From a bacterium (GTDB taxonomy: Bacteria > Sysuimicrobiota > Sysuimicrobiia > Sysuimicrobiales > Segetimicrobiaceae), in assembly GCA_035307565.1 (NCBI GenBank), contig DATGHZ010000038.1, positions 78,899 to 142,898 on the forward strand: 64,000 nucleotides of DNA. Reading direction: 5' to 3'. Shown here in pieces: positions 38,223-47,869 of this stretch (positions within the stretch are counted from its first letter, which is position 1; every line of letters begins with the position of its first letter). The notes under the pieces are model-generated. The model did not search any database. It was not told the origin of the DNA and saw nothing but the letters and a program-made list of their open reading frames with translations. The translations under genes were made by a program, and so were the position numbers.

Positions 38223-39436
38223 GACAGCACCTCGGCGTGCAGCGTCGCCGCCACCGGCGTCCGCGACGCGACCGCGGCGGGGTACACGCCGGCCACGGTA
38301 CCGGTCCCGAGCACCAGCGCCACCGTTCGCGCCGCGGCGCCCGGCGTCAGCACGAAGAAATGCAGATCGACCGGGAGGCCCGGCGCCCCGCGCAAGATGG
38401 TGTCGAGATAACCCGCGATGACCAGCCCCAGCGCGAAGGTGCCCGGGAGGCTGGCCACGCCGAGCGCGCTCCCTTCCAGCACGACAAGGGCGGCGATCCG
38501 CGCGCGGGTGAACCCGATCGCGCGCAGCATCGCGATTTCGCCGAGCCGTTCGCTGACGGAGAGGGCCACGATCGCCGTGATCAGCAGGAACGACACGGCG
38601 ACGCTGAGTGAGCCGAGGACGAGGGAGAACTGGTTGAAGTATGTGAGGCGCGTCTGGAGCCGCCCCAGGAAGTCCGCGATGCTGAGGGCGTCGACGCGCG
38701 GATCGCGGGCACCGATCCAGCGGGTCAGCGCCCCGGCGCGCGACGGATCGCCGAGCCGGACGAGGATGAGAGACGCCGCGCCGGAAGGCCGTCCTTCGAG
38801 CGCGCGCAGGTCCGCCGTCGCGATGGCCATGGAGCGCTGCGTGGCCAGGTCGATGTAGAAATCCGCGACCCCGGTCACCCGGAAGGTCCGGGGCGCGGCG
38901 ACCGGCGCGAGGCCGCGGGACGGTCCCGCCGCCAGTACGAGCGTATCGCCGATGCGGACGCCGTCGAGCCGGACCATGTTGGGATTCACGACCACGGCCG
39001 GCAGGCGTCCGCCGGCGCCGCTTCCGGCCGCCGGCGGAAGGTCGCGGCCTTCGAGCAGACCGTAGGCGCCGGTCCCGCCGGCCGGCACCGCGAAGACGAA
39101 CGCGGGGGTCCGGCGGCCGCGCCGCGCCACAAAGATGTTCGTGCCGACAACCGGCACCGCGGCCGTGACCCCGGGCTGCGCGGCGATCGCCGCGGCCAGG
39201 CCGTCCCCGTCCGGGATCATGGCGCCCGGTACAAACGGAAGCGTGCCCTTCGGCACGACGCGGACGGCGAAGCCGACGCGGCTCAGCACCCCGCCGAGGC
39301 TTGTCTCAAGGCCGTGGGCCAGCATGGTCATGTCCAGCAGCAGCGCGCCGGTGACGGCGAGACCAAGCAGGACCAGGACGGTGCGGATGGGATTGCGCCC
39401 GAGCGTGCGGAGCGCGAGGAACGCCGGCGCGCGCAT
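38219..39436 (-). CDS. ABC transporter permease, FtsX/MacB type
   Basis: LALRTLGRNPIRTVLVLLGLAV N-terminus, a large extracytoplasmic loop, and a C-terminal three-TM FtsX block (AMLRAIGFTRARIAALVVLEG..). Confidence 0.8.
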   Translation of the reverse strand: MRAPAFLALRTLGRNPIRTVLVLLGLAVTGALLLDMTMLAHGLETSLGGVLSRVGFAVRVVPKGTLPFVPGAMIPDGDGLAAAIAAQPGVTAAVPVVGTNIFVARRGRRTPAFVFAVPAGGTGAYGLLEGRDLPPAAGSGAGGRLPAVVVNPNMVRLDGVRIGDTLVLAAGPSRGLAPVAAPRTFRVTGVADFYIDLATQRSMAIATADLRALEGRPSGAASLILVRLGDPSRAGALTRWIGARDPRVDALSIADFLGRLQTRLTYFNQFSLVLGSLSVAVSFLLITAIVALSVSERLGEIAMLRAIGFTRARIAALVVLEGSALGVASLPGTFALGLVIAGYLDTILRGAPGLPVDLHFFVLTPGAAARTVALVLGTGTVAGVYPAAVASRTPVAATLHAEVLS

Positions 39437-39439
39437 CCC

Positions 39440-40315
39440 CTACCGTCCGAGCTGGTCGAGCGGCCGCCGCCGGAGGAGCCGCCAGGCCGTCAGCCCGCCC
39501 GCCGCAAGGCCGAGCACCATCGACAACGCCGCCGCGTCGGCGATGAGCCCCCACGTGACGCGCGAAAAGACGAGATTCGTATCGAAGACGCGCCGGTAAT
39601 AGCCGTTGATCAGAAACGACAGCACGTACGCAAGGCCCACGCCGGCCGCGCTCCCCGCCCCCGCCACCGCGGCCGCGATCGTCAGTACCGCGGCGGCCAC
39701 GGTCCGGCCGCCGAGACCGACGAGCCGCATGGTGCCGACTTCGCGGCGCATCTCTTCTCCCCGCAGCGTCATGATGGTGACGAGGAACACGCTGCCCGCC
39801 AGCACGGCGATCGCGCCGATGGCGCGGTGAAAGCGCGCCACCACTTCGAAGGACGCCGAGTTCCGGCGTGCCAGGTCGGCCGATGTGTACGCGCGAAGCC
39901 CCAGCCCCATCGCGGTCACGTCCGCGGCGACCTGCGCGGCCGGCGCCTCCCCGCCCCGGCGCAGGCGGATCACGATGCTGTCCGCGGCATCGCCCGTGCC
40001 GGTGAGGGCCTGCAGGTCGGGGAGGTGCAGGCGGATGTCGGCGTCGCGGTCGGCGACTTCCGTCGGATACAGGAGCGGCCGGTAGACCTGCGCGATCCGC
40101 ACCCGCCGCCACGGTCCTGCCGCGGTCGGCGCAATCTCCACCAGATCTCCCGCCGCGACCCCGAGCGCCTTCGCGGTCCGGTCGCTGACGGCCACGTCCG
40201 GGAGCGGCGATGCGGGCGCGGCGCGGATCGGAACGGCGTGCGGACCGGCGGCCGCCACAGCCGCCAACAGCCCACCGAGCAGCACGGCGGCCGCGGCCGG
40301 TGTTCGCAGGATCAT
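39440..40315 (-). CDS. ABC transporter permease, short FtsX type
   Basis: N-terminal anchor MILRTPAAAAVLLGGLLAAVAAAG, a loop of about 130 aa, then an FtsX-type three-TM block (GTMRLVGLGGRTVAAAVL..). It ends 3 nt before the next permease start. Confidence 0.7.
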   Translation of the reverse strand: MILRTPAAAAVLLGGLLAAVAAAGPHAVPIRAAPASPLPDVAVSDRTAKALGVAAGDLVEIAPTAAGPWRRVRIAQVYRPLLYPTEVADRDADIRLHLPDLQALTGTGDAADSIVIRLRRGGEAPAAQVAADVTAMGLGLRAYTSADLARRNSASFEVVARFHRAIGAIAVLAGSVFLVTIMTLRGEEMRREVGTMRLVGLGGRTVAAAVLTIAAAVAGAGSAAGVGLAYVLSFLINGYYRRVFDTNLVFSRVTWGLIADAAALSMVLGLAAGGLTAWRLLRRRPLDQLGR

Positions 40316-40357
40316 GTCAGCGCGTCGGGGATCCGGTACGCCGGAGCGGGGTCCACG

Positions 40358-40858
40358 TCAACGGGGCGAATGCGACTCGGCCGCCTTGAGCGCGGCCGCG
40401 AGCCGGTCGTACGTGACACCCAGTTCCTCGGGCAGCACCTTCGTCTCGCCGAGGATCGGCATGAAATTCGTATCGCCGACCCAGCGCGGCACGACATGCG
40501 TGTGCAGGTGGGCGGCGATGCCGGCGCCGGCGGCGTGGCCGATGTTCATGCCGATGTTGAACCCTTCCGGCCGGTACACCTCGCGCAGCGCCCGCATCGC
40601 CGCGCGCGTGAGATGCGCCATCTCCAGCTGCTCGTCGTCGGTCAGGTCGCCGGGGTCGGCCACGTGCCGGTGCGGCACGACCATGAGGTGCCCCGAGTTG
40701 TACGGATACGTGTTGAGGATAACGAACGCGAGGCGGCCCTGCAGGAGGATGCCGCGCTCGCGGTCGTGGCCCTCGCGCGGAAACGCGCAGAAAATGCAGT
40801 CCGGCATGGGCGGTCCTTTGATGTACTGCAGCCGCCAGGGCGCCCAGAGATACTTCAC
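40358..40858 (-). CDS. HIT-family nucleotide hydrolase/transferase
   Basis: Histidine triad AAHLHTHVVPRW. The MKYLWAPWRLQYI N-terminus is typical of the Ap4A-phosphorylase-like HIT branch. The ATG overlaps the rnc stop (ATGA). Confidence 0.85.
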   Translation of the reverse strand: MKYLWAPWRLQYIKGPPMPDCIFCAFPREGHDRERGILLQGRLAFVILNTYPYNSGHLMVVPHRHVADPGDLTDDEQLEMAHLTRAAMRALREVYRPEGFNIGMNIGHAAGAGIAAHLHTHVVPRWVGDTNFMPILGETKVLPEELGVTYDRLAAALKAAESHSPR

Positions 40859-41580
40859 CCGGCGCGGCTCCGCCGGAGCTGCTCGAGCGCCTGCTGGGCG
40901 GCGGCCTGCTCCGCTTCTTTCTTGCTCTTACCGCGGCCTTCGCCGATGACGCGGCCGCTCACTTCCACCACGGCGACGAAGGCCCGGTTGTGCTCGGGCC
41001 CCTCCTGCCCCGTGATGCGGTACCGCGGCAGCCGGCGCTCGCGCTGCTGCACGAGTTCTTGGAGCAGGCTCTTGTAGTCGCCGCCGCCCGGCTCCTCGAG
41101 GCGCGAGAGGTCCTCGGCGAACCACCGCGTGACGCAGTGGTGCGCGACGCCGTACCCGGCGTCGACGTACACCGCGCCGACGACGGCTTCGAGCGCGTCG
41201 GCGAGCAGGGAGGCGCGCGACCGGCCCCCGCCCTTCTCTTCGCCGCGGCCGAGCAGCATGTAGCGGCCGAGGTCCATGGCCCGGGCGACGCGGGCCAGCG
41301 GCCCCTCGCTCACGACCGCGGCGCGCAGGCGGGCCAGGTCGCCTTCGAGCCGCGTCGGGAACAGCCGGTAGAGGTGATCGGCGATGACGAGGTTGAGCAC
41401 GGCGTCGCCGAGGAACTCCAGGCGCTCGTAGTTGTCGCCGTGGCGGCTGCGGGCGTCCGTACCCACGGAGCCGTGCACCAGCGCGGTGTGCAGCAGGGTC
41501 CTGTCGCGAAACCGCACGTCGAGCTGGCGCTCGAGATCGGCCAGTTGCGCGTCGCGGTCGGGGGCGAGCGGTTCGATCAC
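40855..41580 (-). CDS. rnc: Ribonuclease III
   Basis: RNase III signature ERLEFLGDAVL, plus a C-terminal dsRBD (DYKSLLQELVQ...GRGKSKKEAEQAAAQQAL). The GTG at 41580 lies 1 nt after the fabF stop. ORF start 41622 is an alternative. Confidence 0.9.
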   Translation of the reverse strand: MIEPLAPDRDAQLADLERQLDVRFRDRTLLHTALVHGSVGTDARSRHGDNYERLEFLGDAVLNLVIADHLYRLFPTRLEGDLARLRAAVVSEGPLARVARAMDLGRYMLLGRGEEKGGGRSRASLLADALEAVVGAVYVDAGYGVAHHCVTRWFAEDLSRLEEPGGGDYKSLLQELVQQRERRLPRYRITGQEGPEHNRAFVAVVEVSGRVIGEGRGKSKKEAEQAAAQQALEQLRRSRAG

Positions 41581-41581
41581 G

Positions 41582-42823
41582 TCAGGACGGACTCCGCACC
41601 ACCAGGATCGAGTTGTGCCCACCGAAGCCGAACCCGTTCGACATCGCGGTGACGAGGCGGGCAGGCCGGGGCGTGTTGGGCACGTAGTCCAGATCGCAGT
41701 CGGGGTCCGGCGTCTCGTAGTTGATCGTCGGCGGCAGTTTCCCGCGGACGATCGCGAGCGCGCAGGCGATGAGCTCCACGCCCCCGGCGGCGCCGAGCAG
41801 GTGCCCCGTCATCGATTTCGTGGAACTGACGGGGATGCGCGGCGCGGCCGCGCCGAAGACGCGCTTGATCGCGAGCGTCTCGAACTTGTCGTTGTACTGC
41901 GTGCTTGTACCGTGCGCGTTGATGTAGCCGATCTCGTGCGGCTCGAGGTGCGCGTCCCGCAGTGCGCGCCGCATCGCAAGCGCGGCGCCGTCGCCCTCGG
42001 GGTCCGGCTGCGTGATGTGGAAGGCGTCGGCGCTCTGGCCGTAGCCGATCATCTCCGCGTAGATGCGCGCGCCCCGCCGCTCCGCGTGCTCCCAGGCCTC
42101 CAGCACGACGATGCCCGCGCCCTCGCCCATCACGAACCCGTCCCGGTGAAGGTCGAAGGGCCGGACGGCCTTCGCCGGGGCGTCGTTGCGGGTGCTGAGC
42201 GCCTTCTCCGCGCAGAAGCCCGCGAGACTCAGCGGGGTGATCGCCGCCTCGGTACCGCCGCACAGCATCGCGAGCGCGTCGCCCCGCTGAATGATGCGCA
42301 TCGCTTCGCCGATCGCGTGACCCCCGGTCGCGCACGCCGACGCGATCGAAAAGTTCGGGCCGCGCGCGCCCGTCAGCATGCTGACGATGCCGGAGGCGCT
42401 GTTGTGCATCATCATGGGGACGAAGAAGGGGCTGACCCGCGCGGGGCCGCGCTCCAGGAGCAGCTGGTGCTGCGCCTCCCACGTGATGGCGCCGCCGCTG
42501 CCCGTGCCGATCACGACCCCGACGTCGTCCCGCAGCGCCGGCGTGATCGCGAGGCCCGCGTCGTCGAGCGCCATGCGGGAGGCCGCCACGGCGAAGTGCA
42601 CGCAGCGGTCGTTGCGGCGGACTTCCTTGCGGTCGAGGTAGGCGGCGGGATCGAAGTCGAGGACTTCCGCGGCGAGTTGCGACTCGAACGGCGCCGGATC
42701 GAACGCCGTGAGGCGGCGCACACCCGACCGGCCTTCCATCATCGCGTTCCAGAACTCGTCGGCCCCCGTGCCGATGGGGCTCACGACCCCCAGGCCGGTC
42801 ACGGCCACCCGTGTCTCGGTCAT
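41582..42823 (-). CDS. fabF: 3-oxoacyl-ACP synthase II
   Basis: Active-site region [25 protein letters not shown], and [11 protein letters not shown]. Confidence 0.92.
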   Translation of the reverse strand: MTETRVAVTGLGVVSPIGTGADEFWNAMMEGRSGVRRLTAFDPAPFESQLAAEVLDFDPAAYLDRKEVRRNDRCVHFAVAASRMALDDAGLAITPALRDDVGVVIGTGSGGAITWEAQHQLLLERGPARVSPFFVPMMMHNSASGIVSMLTGARGPNFSIASACATGGHAIGEAMRIIQRGDALAMLCGGTEAAITPLSLAGFCAEKALSTRNDAPAKAVRPFDLHRDGFVMGEGAGIVVLEAWEHAERRGARIYAEMIGYGQSADAFHITQPDPEGDGAALAMRRALRDAHLEPHEIGYINAHGTSTQYNDKFETLAIKRVFGAAAPRIPVSSTKSMTGHLLGAAGGVELIACALAIVRGKLPPTINYETPDPDCDLDYVPNTPRPARLVTAMSNGFGFGGHNSILVVRSPS

Positions 42824-42840
42824 GGCGGTCTGCGCGCGGG

Positions 42841-43089
42841 TTATTCCGCGGGCGCCTCCACGTGGCTCTCGATGTACTTGACCGCCTCGCCGACCGTAGC
42901 GATCTTCTCCGCGTCCTCGTCGGGAATCTCGATGTCGAACTCTTCCTCGAGCGCCATGACGAGCTCGACGACATCCAGGGAGTCGGCGCCGAGGTCCTCC
43001 ACGAACTTCGACTGCGGCGTCACCTGGGCGGCGTCCACCCCGAGCTGCTCGACCACAATGGCCTTCACCCGGTCAAATGCCGATGCCAT
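42841..43089 (-). CDS. acpP: Acyl carrier protein
   Basis: [19 protein letters not shown] phosphopantetheine-attachment motif. 82 aa. Confidence 0.95.
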   Translation of the reverse strand: MASAFDRVKAIVVEQLGVDAAQVTPQSKFVEDLGADSLDVVELVMALEEEFDIEIPDEDAEKIATVGEAVKYIESHVEAPAE

Positions 43090-43123
43090 CTCACACCTCC
43101 TTAGGCCGTGGATCCCATCTTCG

Positions 43124-43870
43124 CTAGCGCATCACGAGCCCGCCGTCGACGTTCAGCACCTGGCCCGTGATGTACGAGGCGTCTTCGCCGGCCAGGAAGG
43201 CCACCGCCGCCGCGACCTCCTCGGGCCGGCCGGTGCGTCCCACCGGAATGTGTTCGACGAAGCGCTCCCGCTGGGCGTCGGTGAGTTTGCCGGTCAGCCC
43301 CGCGTCGATATAGCCGGGGGAGACCGCGTTGGCGGTGATGCCGCGCGTGGCCACTTCCCGGGCGACGGCCTTGGTGAATCCGATCACGCCCGCCTTGGCC
43401 GCGATGTAGTTCGCCTGTCCGGGGTTCCCAACCTCCGCGACCACCGACGAGATGTTGACGATCCGCCCCCACCGCTGCCGCAGCATCTCGCGCAGCACCG
43501 CGCGCGTTAAGTAAAAGACGCCGTGCAGGTTGATCGCGAGGATGTCGTGCCAATCTTCGTCGCGCATGCGGAGCAGCAGGCCGTCGCGCGTGAGCCCCGC
43601 GTTGTTCACGACGATGTCGAGGCGGCCGCGCCACGCGTGTGCCGTGTCCGCGCACTGCCGGCACACCTCCGCGTCGGTGAGATCGCCCTGCAGCATCGTG
43701 CCCTGCCCGCCGGCGCTCGTGATCTGCCGCAGCACTTCCTCCGCGCCCTGCGCGTTGCGGCCGTAGTGCACGATCACGGCCGCCCCCTCGCGCGCGAGCC
43801 GCGTCGCGATCGCGCCGCCGATCCCGCCCGAGGCGCCCGTCACGAGCGCCACGCGGCCGTCCGCGATCAC
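43124..43870 (-). CDS. fabG: 3-oxoacyl-ACP reductase
   Basis: [17 protein letters not shown], and [13 protein letters not shown]. The GTG overlaps the fabD stop (GTGA). Confidence 0.9.
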   Translation of the reverse strand: MIADGRVALVTGASGGIGGAIATRLAREGAAVIVHYGRNAQGAEEVLRQITSAGGQGTMLQGDLTDAEVCRQCADTAHAWRGRLDIVVNNAGLTRDGLLLRMRDEDWHDILAINLHGVFYLTRAVLREMLRQRWGRIVNISSVVAEVGNPGQANYIAAKAGVIGFTKAVAREVATRGITANAVSPGYIDAGLTGKLTDAQRERFVEHIPVGRTGRPEEVAAAVAFLAGEDASYITGQVLNVDGGLVMR

Positions 43871-44877
43871 GGCCGCGTCTCTCCCGCGCGCCCGGCCCTT
43901 CGGGCGCGCGGCCCGTCCGCCGCGCGCGCCGCGGGCGTCCCCTGCCCGGCCGCGAGCACGGCGAGCGCCTCCTCGCGCGACACCGCGTCCTCGACGTGGC
44001 AGACGGCGGCATCGCCCACCGTCCGCCGGATCATGCCGCTCAGCGCGGTGCCCGGTCCGAACTCGGCGAAAATCCGCACCCCGTCCGCGTGCATCCGGCG
44101 GACCGACTCCTCCCAGCGCACCGGCGAGGCGACCTGCGCGAGCAGCGCGCGCCGGATCTCATCCGCCGAGCGCACGGGCGCGGCGGAGACGTTGGCCACT
44201 ACGGGAATGCTGGCGTCCCGGATCGGCAGCCGCTCGAGATCGGCCGCGAGCCGCTCCGCCGCCGGGGCCATTAGGCGTGTGTGGAACGGTGCGCTCACCG
44301 CGAGCGGCACGGCGCGCCGGGCGCCGGCGCTCCGCGCGGCGTCGAGCACCGCCCGCACCGCGGCCGTCTCGCCGCCCACCACGACCTGGCCGGGACTGTT
44401 GAAGTTGGCCGCTTCCACCACCCCGAGATGCGCGTGCGCGGCGCAGACTTCGCGCACCCGTTCCGCGTCGAGTCCGACCACCGACGCCATCATCGTGTCG
44501 AGGCCGTCGCACGCCTGCTGCATGTACTCGCCGCGCCGGCGTACGAGCCGCACCGCATCTTCGAGCGTGACGGCGCCGGCGCAGACGAGCGCGGTGTACT
44601 CGCCGAGGCTCAAGCCCGCGGCGCAGGCCGGACGCACCGGCACCGTGGCGAGGCACGCCAGGCTGGCGGTCAGAATCGCCGGCTGCGTGTTCGCGGTCTG
44701 CCGCAGCGCGTCTTCGGGCCCCTCCACGCAGAGCCGGTGGAGATCGATGCCGGCGGCGTCGCTGGCGCGCCGGAAGACCTCCCGGGCCTCCGCGAACCCG
44801 GCGGCGAGGTCGCCCCCCATCCCGACGTACTGCGCGCCCTGGCCCGGAAAAACTGCCGCGACCCCGGACGCCGTCAT
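43867..44877 (-). CDS. fabD: Malonyl-CoA:ACP transacylase
   Basis: FPGQGAQYVGMG and the active site GLSLGEY. The internal ATG at 44877 overlaps the fabH stop (ATGA). It has an Ala/Arg-rich C-terminal tail of about 35 aa. Confidence 0.9.
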   Translation of the reverse strand: MTASGVAAVFPGQGAQYVGMGGDLAAGFAEAREVFRRASDAAGIDLHRLCVEGPEDALRQTANTQPAILTASLACLATVPVRPACAAGLSLGEYTALVCAGAVTLEDAVRLVRRRGEYMQQACDGLDTMMASVVGLDAERVREVCAAHAHLGVVEAANFNSPGQVVVGGETAAVRAVLDAARSAGARRAVPLAVSAPFHTRLMAPAAERLAADLERLPIRDASIPVVANVSAAPVRSADEIRRALLAQVASPVRWEESVRRMHADGVRIFAEFGPGTALSGMIRRTVGDAAVCHVEDAVSREEALAVLAAGQGTPAARAADGPRARRAGRAGETRP

Positions 44878-45872
44878 GCGCCGCCGCCCCACCGAATCGC
44901 GCAGGCGCCCCACGTGTAGCCGGCGCCGAAGGCCACCATCACGCCGACGTCGCCGTCCCGGACGCGGCCGGCGGCCACCGCCTCGTAGAGCGCGACCGGC
45001 ACCGACGCCGCCGACGTGTTGCCGTACCGCTGGACGTTGATGTAGAACTTGTCGAGCGGCACGCGGAGCCGGTGCGCCGCGGACTGGATGATCCGCAAAT
45101 TGGCCTGGTGCGGAATCACAAAGTCCACGTCCTCGGCCGCGAGTCCGGCGTTGGCCATCGCCGCCTGCGCGGCTTCCGGGATCGCCCGGACGGCGAACTT
45201 GTACACCTCGGGTCCCGCCATTCGGATCGTATGTTCATTGCGCTCCACCGTCTCACCGGACGCCGGCCGGCGGCTGCCTCCGGCCGGCAGATAGAGCATC
45301 TCGGCGCCCGCCGTCCCGTCGCCGCCCAGCGCGAACGACAGGAAGCCGTACCCATCGCGGGCCCGCCGCACAACCACCGCGCCCGCGGCATCCCCGAAGA
45401 GGATGCAGGTCGAGCGGTCCCGCCAGTCCGTGATCCGCGACAGCGTCTCCGCGCCGACGACGAGCACCGTCTCGGCCTGGCCGGAGACGACGGCGCCGTG
45501 CGCCACGCTCAGCGCGTACATGAAACTGGAACACGCGGCGGAGACGTCGAGGCACCCGACGGTGCGCGTACCTAGGCGCTGCTGCAAGAGGCACGCCACG
45601 TTCGGAAACACCATGTCCGGCGTTGTCGTCCCGATCACGATGAGGTCCACGTCCGCGGGCGTGAGCCCCGCCGCCGAGAGCGCTTCCCGCGCGGCTCCGC
45701 AGGCGAGATCGGATGTCGCCGTCGCCGCGTCCGCGATCCGCCGCTCCCGGATGCCGGTGTGGGACTCGATCCACGCGTCTGTCGTCGCGATCGTGCCCGC
45801 GAGTTCGGCATTGGTCAGCACGCGCTCCGGCACGCACCGGCCCAGCCCGACGATGGTCGTGCCCGTCCGCAT
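44874..45872 (-). CDS. fabH: 3-oxoacyl-ACP synthase III
   Basis: Catalytic residues in DVSAACSSFMYAL, HQANLRI and GNTSAAS. The ATG at 45872 gives the usual MRTGTTIVGLG.. N-terminus. The GTG at 45926 (1-nt overlap with the plsX stop) is an alternative. Confidence 0.9.
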   Translation of the reverse strand: MRTGTTIVGLGRCVPERVLTNAELAGTIATTDAWIESHTGIRERRIADAATATSDLACGAAREALSAAGLTPADVDLIVIGTTTPDMVFPNVACLLQQRLGTRTVGCLDVSAACSSFMYALSVAHGAVVSGQAETVLVVGAETLSRITDWRDRSTCILFGDAAGAVVVRRARDGYGFLSFALGGDGTAGAEMLYLPAGGSRRPASGETVERNEHTIRMAGPEVYKFAVRAIPEAAQAAMANAGLAAEDVDFVIPHQANLRIIQSAAHRLRVPLDKFYINVQRYGNTSAASVPVALYEAVAAGRVRDGDVGVMVAFGAGYTWGACAIRWGGGA

Positions 45873-45925
45873 ACGCGGCCTTGCCAGGGCCTCGGATGCC
45901 GTTGCGGTGAGCTGCCGGGGCGGCA

Positions 45926-46951
45926 CTAGACGGCGGGGGACCCCTGGGCGACGGCCAGTTCGGCGAGCCGCGCGACGTCCGCCCGGATGGCGTCCACCAT
46001 CCGCGAGCGAACCGACTCAGCCGCGAGCGCGATGGCGTTCCGGACGGCTCTGGCTTTGGAGCTTCCGTGGCTGACGATGCAGATGCCGTCGACGCCGAGC
46101 AGCGGCGCGCCTCCGTACTCGGTATGATCGAGGCGCTGCGCGAGCGCGCGCAGGCGCGGGCGGGCGAGCGCCACGCCGAGGCGCACGAGGAGGCCGCGGC
46201 TCAATTCCTCGCGCAGCAGGCTGAAGATGCCGAGCGCGAGCCCCTCGCCGAACTTCAGCACGGCGTTGCCGACGAACCCGTCGCAGACCACCACGTCCAC
46301 GTCGCCCGCGAACACGCCGCGGCCCTCGACGTTGCCGATGAACCTGAGGCCGGAGCGGCGCAGCAGTTCGGCGGCCCGGATCACGAGCTCGTTGCCTTTG
46401 GTGTCCTCTTCGCCATTGCTCAGCAGGCCGACGCGCGGCGCCTGAACCCCCATGACGCGCTGCGCGTACACGCTGCCCATCACCGCGAACTGCAGCAGGT
46501 GCTTGGGCCGGCAGTCGACGTTCGCCCCGGCGTCGAGCATGAGGGCGCGGCCGCGCTGCGTGGGCAGCACCGCCGCGATGGCGGGCCGGTCGATCCCTTC
46601 GATCGGCCGCAGCGTCAACAGCGCCGCGGTCATAACCGCCCCGGTGTTGCCCGCGCTCACCATCGCGTCGGCGTCGCCGCGGCGGACGAGATCCAGCGCG
46701 ACCGCGATCGAGGACCGGCGCTTGCGGCGCAGCGCCATCGCGGGGGCCTCCGCCATACCGATGACCTCCGGGGCGTCGACGATGCGGAGCCGGCCGGTCG
46801 GCGGTCCGCCGCGCGTTTCCTCGCGGAGCCGGGCTTCGGGGCCGACCAGTACGACCTCGATCCCGAGATCGCGGACGGCCTCCGCGGCGCCCGCGACGAT
46901 CTCACGCGGCGCGTGGTCGCCCCCCATTGCGTCGAGCGCGACCCGCATCAT
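45926..46951 (-). CDS. plsX: Phosphate acyltransferase
   Basis: MMRVALDAMGGDHAP N-terminus and GNVEGR block. Canonical position between rpmF and fabH. Confidence 0.92.
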   Translation of the reverse strand: MMRVALDAMGGDHAPREIVAGAAEAVRDLGIEVVLVGPEARLREETRGGPPTGRLRIVDAPEVIGMAEAPAMALRRKRRSSIAVALDLVRRGDADAMVSAGNTGAVMTAALLTLRPIEGIDRPAIAAVLPTQRGRALMLDAGANVDCRPKHLLQFAVMGSVYAQRVMGVQAPRVGLLSNGEEDTKGNELVIRAAELLRRSGLRFIGNVEGRGVFAGDVDVVVCDGFVGNAVLKFGEGLALGIFSLLREELSRGLLVRLGVALARPRLRALAQRLDHTEYGGAPLLGVDGICIVSHGSSKARAVRNAIALAAESVRSRMVDAIRADVARLAELAVAQGSPAV

Positions 46952-47051
46952 GCCGTGCTGGGGGGGCCGGCCAGCCTACGCGGTCGCGATGCCCGGCGCC
47001 CTGCGAGGACCGGTCGACGGCGCCGGCGGCGCCACGGGACCCGGCATCGGA

Positions 47052-47249
47052 TTACGCGGTTTTCTCTTCTTTGATCTTGATCTGAATCGCCTGGCGGCCG
47101 GCGTAGTGTCCGCACGCCGGGCAGACGCGGTGCGGAACCATCCGGGCGTGGCACTGCGGACAATCGACCAGCGTCACCGCGCGCGCGCGAAAGCCGGCGC
47201 GCCGGGACGCCGTGCGCGCTTTGCTGAAGCGGCGTTTCGTCAGTCCCAT
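47052..47249 (-). CDS. rpmF: 50S ribosomal protein L32 (Cys-containing form)
   Basis: MGLTKRRFSKARTASRRA.. and the CPQC..CPACG zinc-ribbon motif. 65 aa. Confidence 0.95.
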   Translation of the reverse strand: MGLTKRRFSKARTASRRAGFRARAVTLVDCPQCHARMVPHRVCPACGHYAGRQAIQIKIKEEKTA

Positions 47250-47281
47250 CGTTCACGCTCCCCGACTTCGACTCAGGCCGT

Positions 47282-47809
47282 TCAGGCGCGCCAGCGCCGC
47301 AGCACGTCCAGCCGCGGGTCCACTTCGTCCGCGGCGCATCCGCACGGTCCGTCGTTCAGATCCGCGCCGCACTGCGGACACAGGCCCGGACAGTCGTCGC
47401 GGCAGCGCGGCGCGAGTGGCAACGCCAGGATCACGTGCTGGCGGACGACCTCGGTCACGTCGATTATGTCGCCGGCGTCCACCGGGACGAGGAAGTCCCC
47501 GGCCGTCAGTTCGCGCTCTTCGCCGGCCGCCGCCGCCGCAGTCTGCGGGCCGCGCGGACCGAAATCCTCCGCCACGTCGACCGTGAGCGGCAGCACGAAA
47601 CGCTTGAGGCAGGCGCCGCACACGCACGTGGCGACCGCTCGCACCTGTCCGCGCAGTGACACCCCGCCGGCCGTGCCGGTGAGCGTGATGTCTCCTGTCA
47701 CCGGCTCCGCGAAGACGGTCTCGTCGGCGGGCGCCAGCAGCGGTTCCGCGAACGTGAGCACTCTGACGCCGTCGTGGTCCGCCAGCAGGTCACTCACGTT
47801 CACGCGCAC
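47282..47809 (-). CDS. yceD: YceD/DUF177 family protein (large-subunit rRNA accumulation protein)
   Basis: The C-terminal CRDDCPGLCPQCGADLNDGPCGC motif and the position immediately upstream of rpmF are diagnostic. GTG start. Confidence 0.85.
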   Translation of the reverse strand: MRVNVSDLLADHDGVRVLTFAEPLLAPADETVFAEPVTGDITLTGTAGGVSLRGQVRAVATCVCGACLKRFVLPLTVDVAEDFGPRGPQTAAAAAGEERELTAGDFLVPVDAGDIIDVTEVVRQHVILALPLAPRCRDDCPGLCPQCGADLNDGPCGCAADEVDPRLDVLRRWRA

Positions 47810-47828
47810 GTACGCACCTCACGACATG

Positions 47829-47854
47829 TGCCCGGCGGTCGACCACGCCGGGCA
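47829..47854 (-). promoter_or_regulatory. 9-bp perfect stem-loop in the yceD-rpmF-plsX leader
   Basis: On the minus strand, TGCCCGGCG-N8-CGCCGGGCA lies between the consensus promoter and the yceD GTG start at 47809. Confidence 0.4.
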
Positions 47855-47869
47855 CACGAACACGCGTTC

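Noticed and set aside
39314-41077. 587-aa plus-strand ORF spanning the permease, HIT and rnc region
   Set aside because: It is antisense to three genes with clear family motifs. The translation is Arg/Gly/Pro/Asp-rich with no motif. This is typical of spurious open frames in high-GC DNA.
46952-47051. Regulatory RNA or operator in the 100-nt rpmF-plsX spacer
   Set aside because: I could draw only short imperfect GC pairings (GATGCC...GGCATC and GGCGCC palindromes), which are expected by chance at this GC content. No recognisable motif was found.
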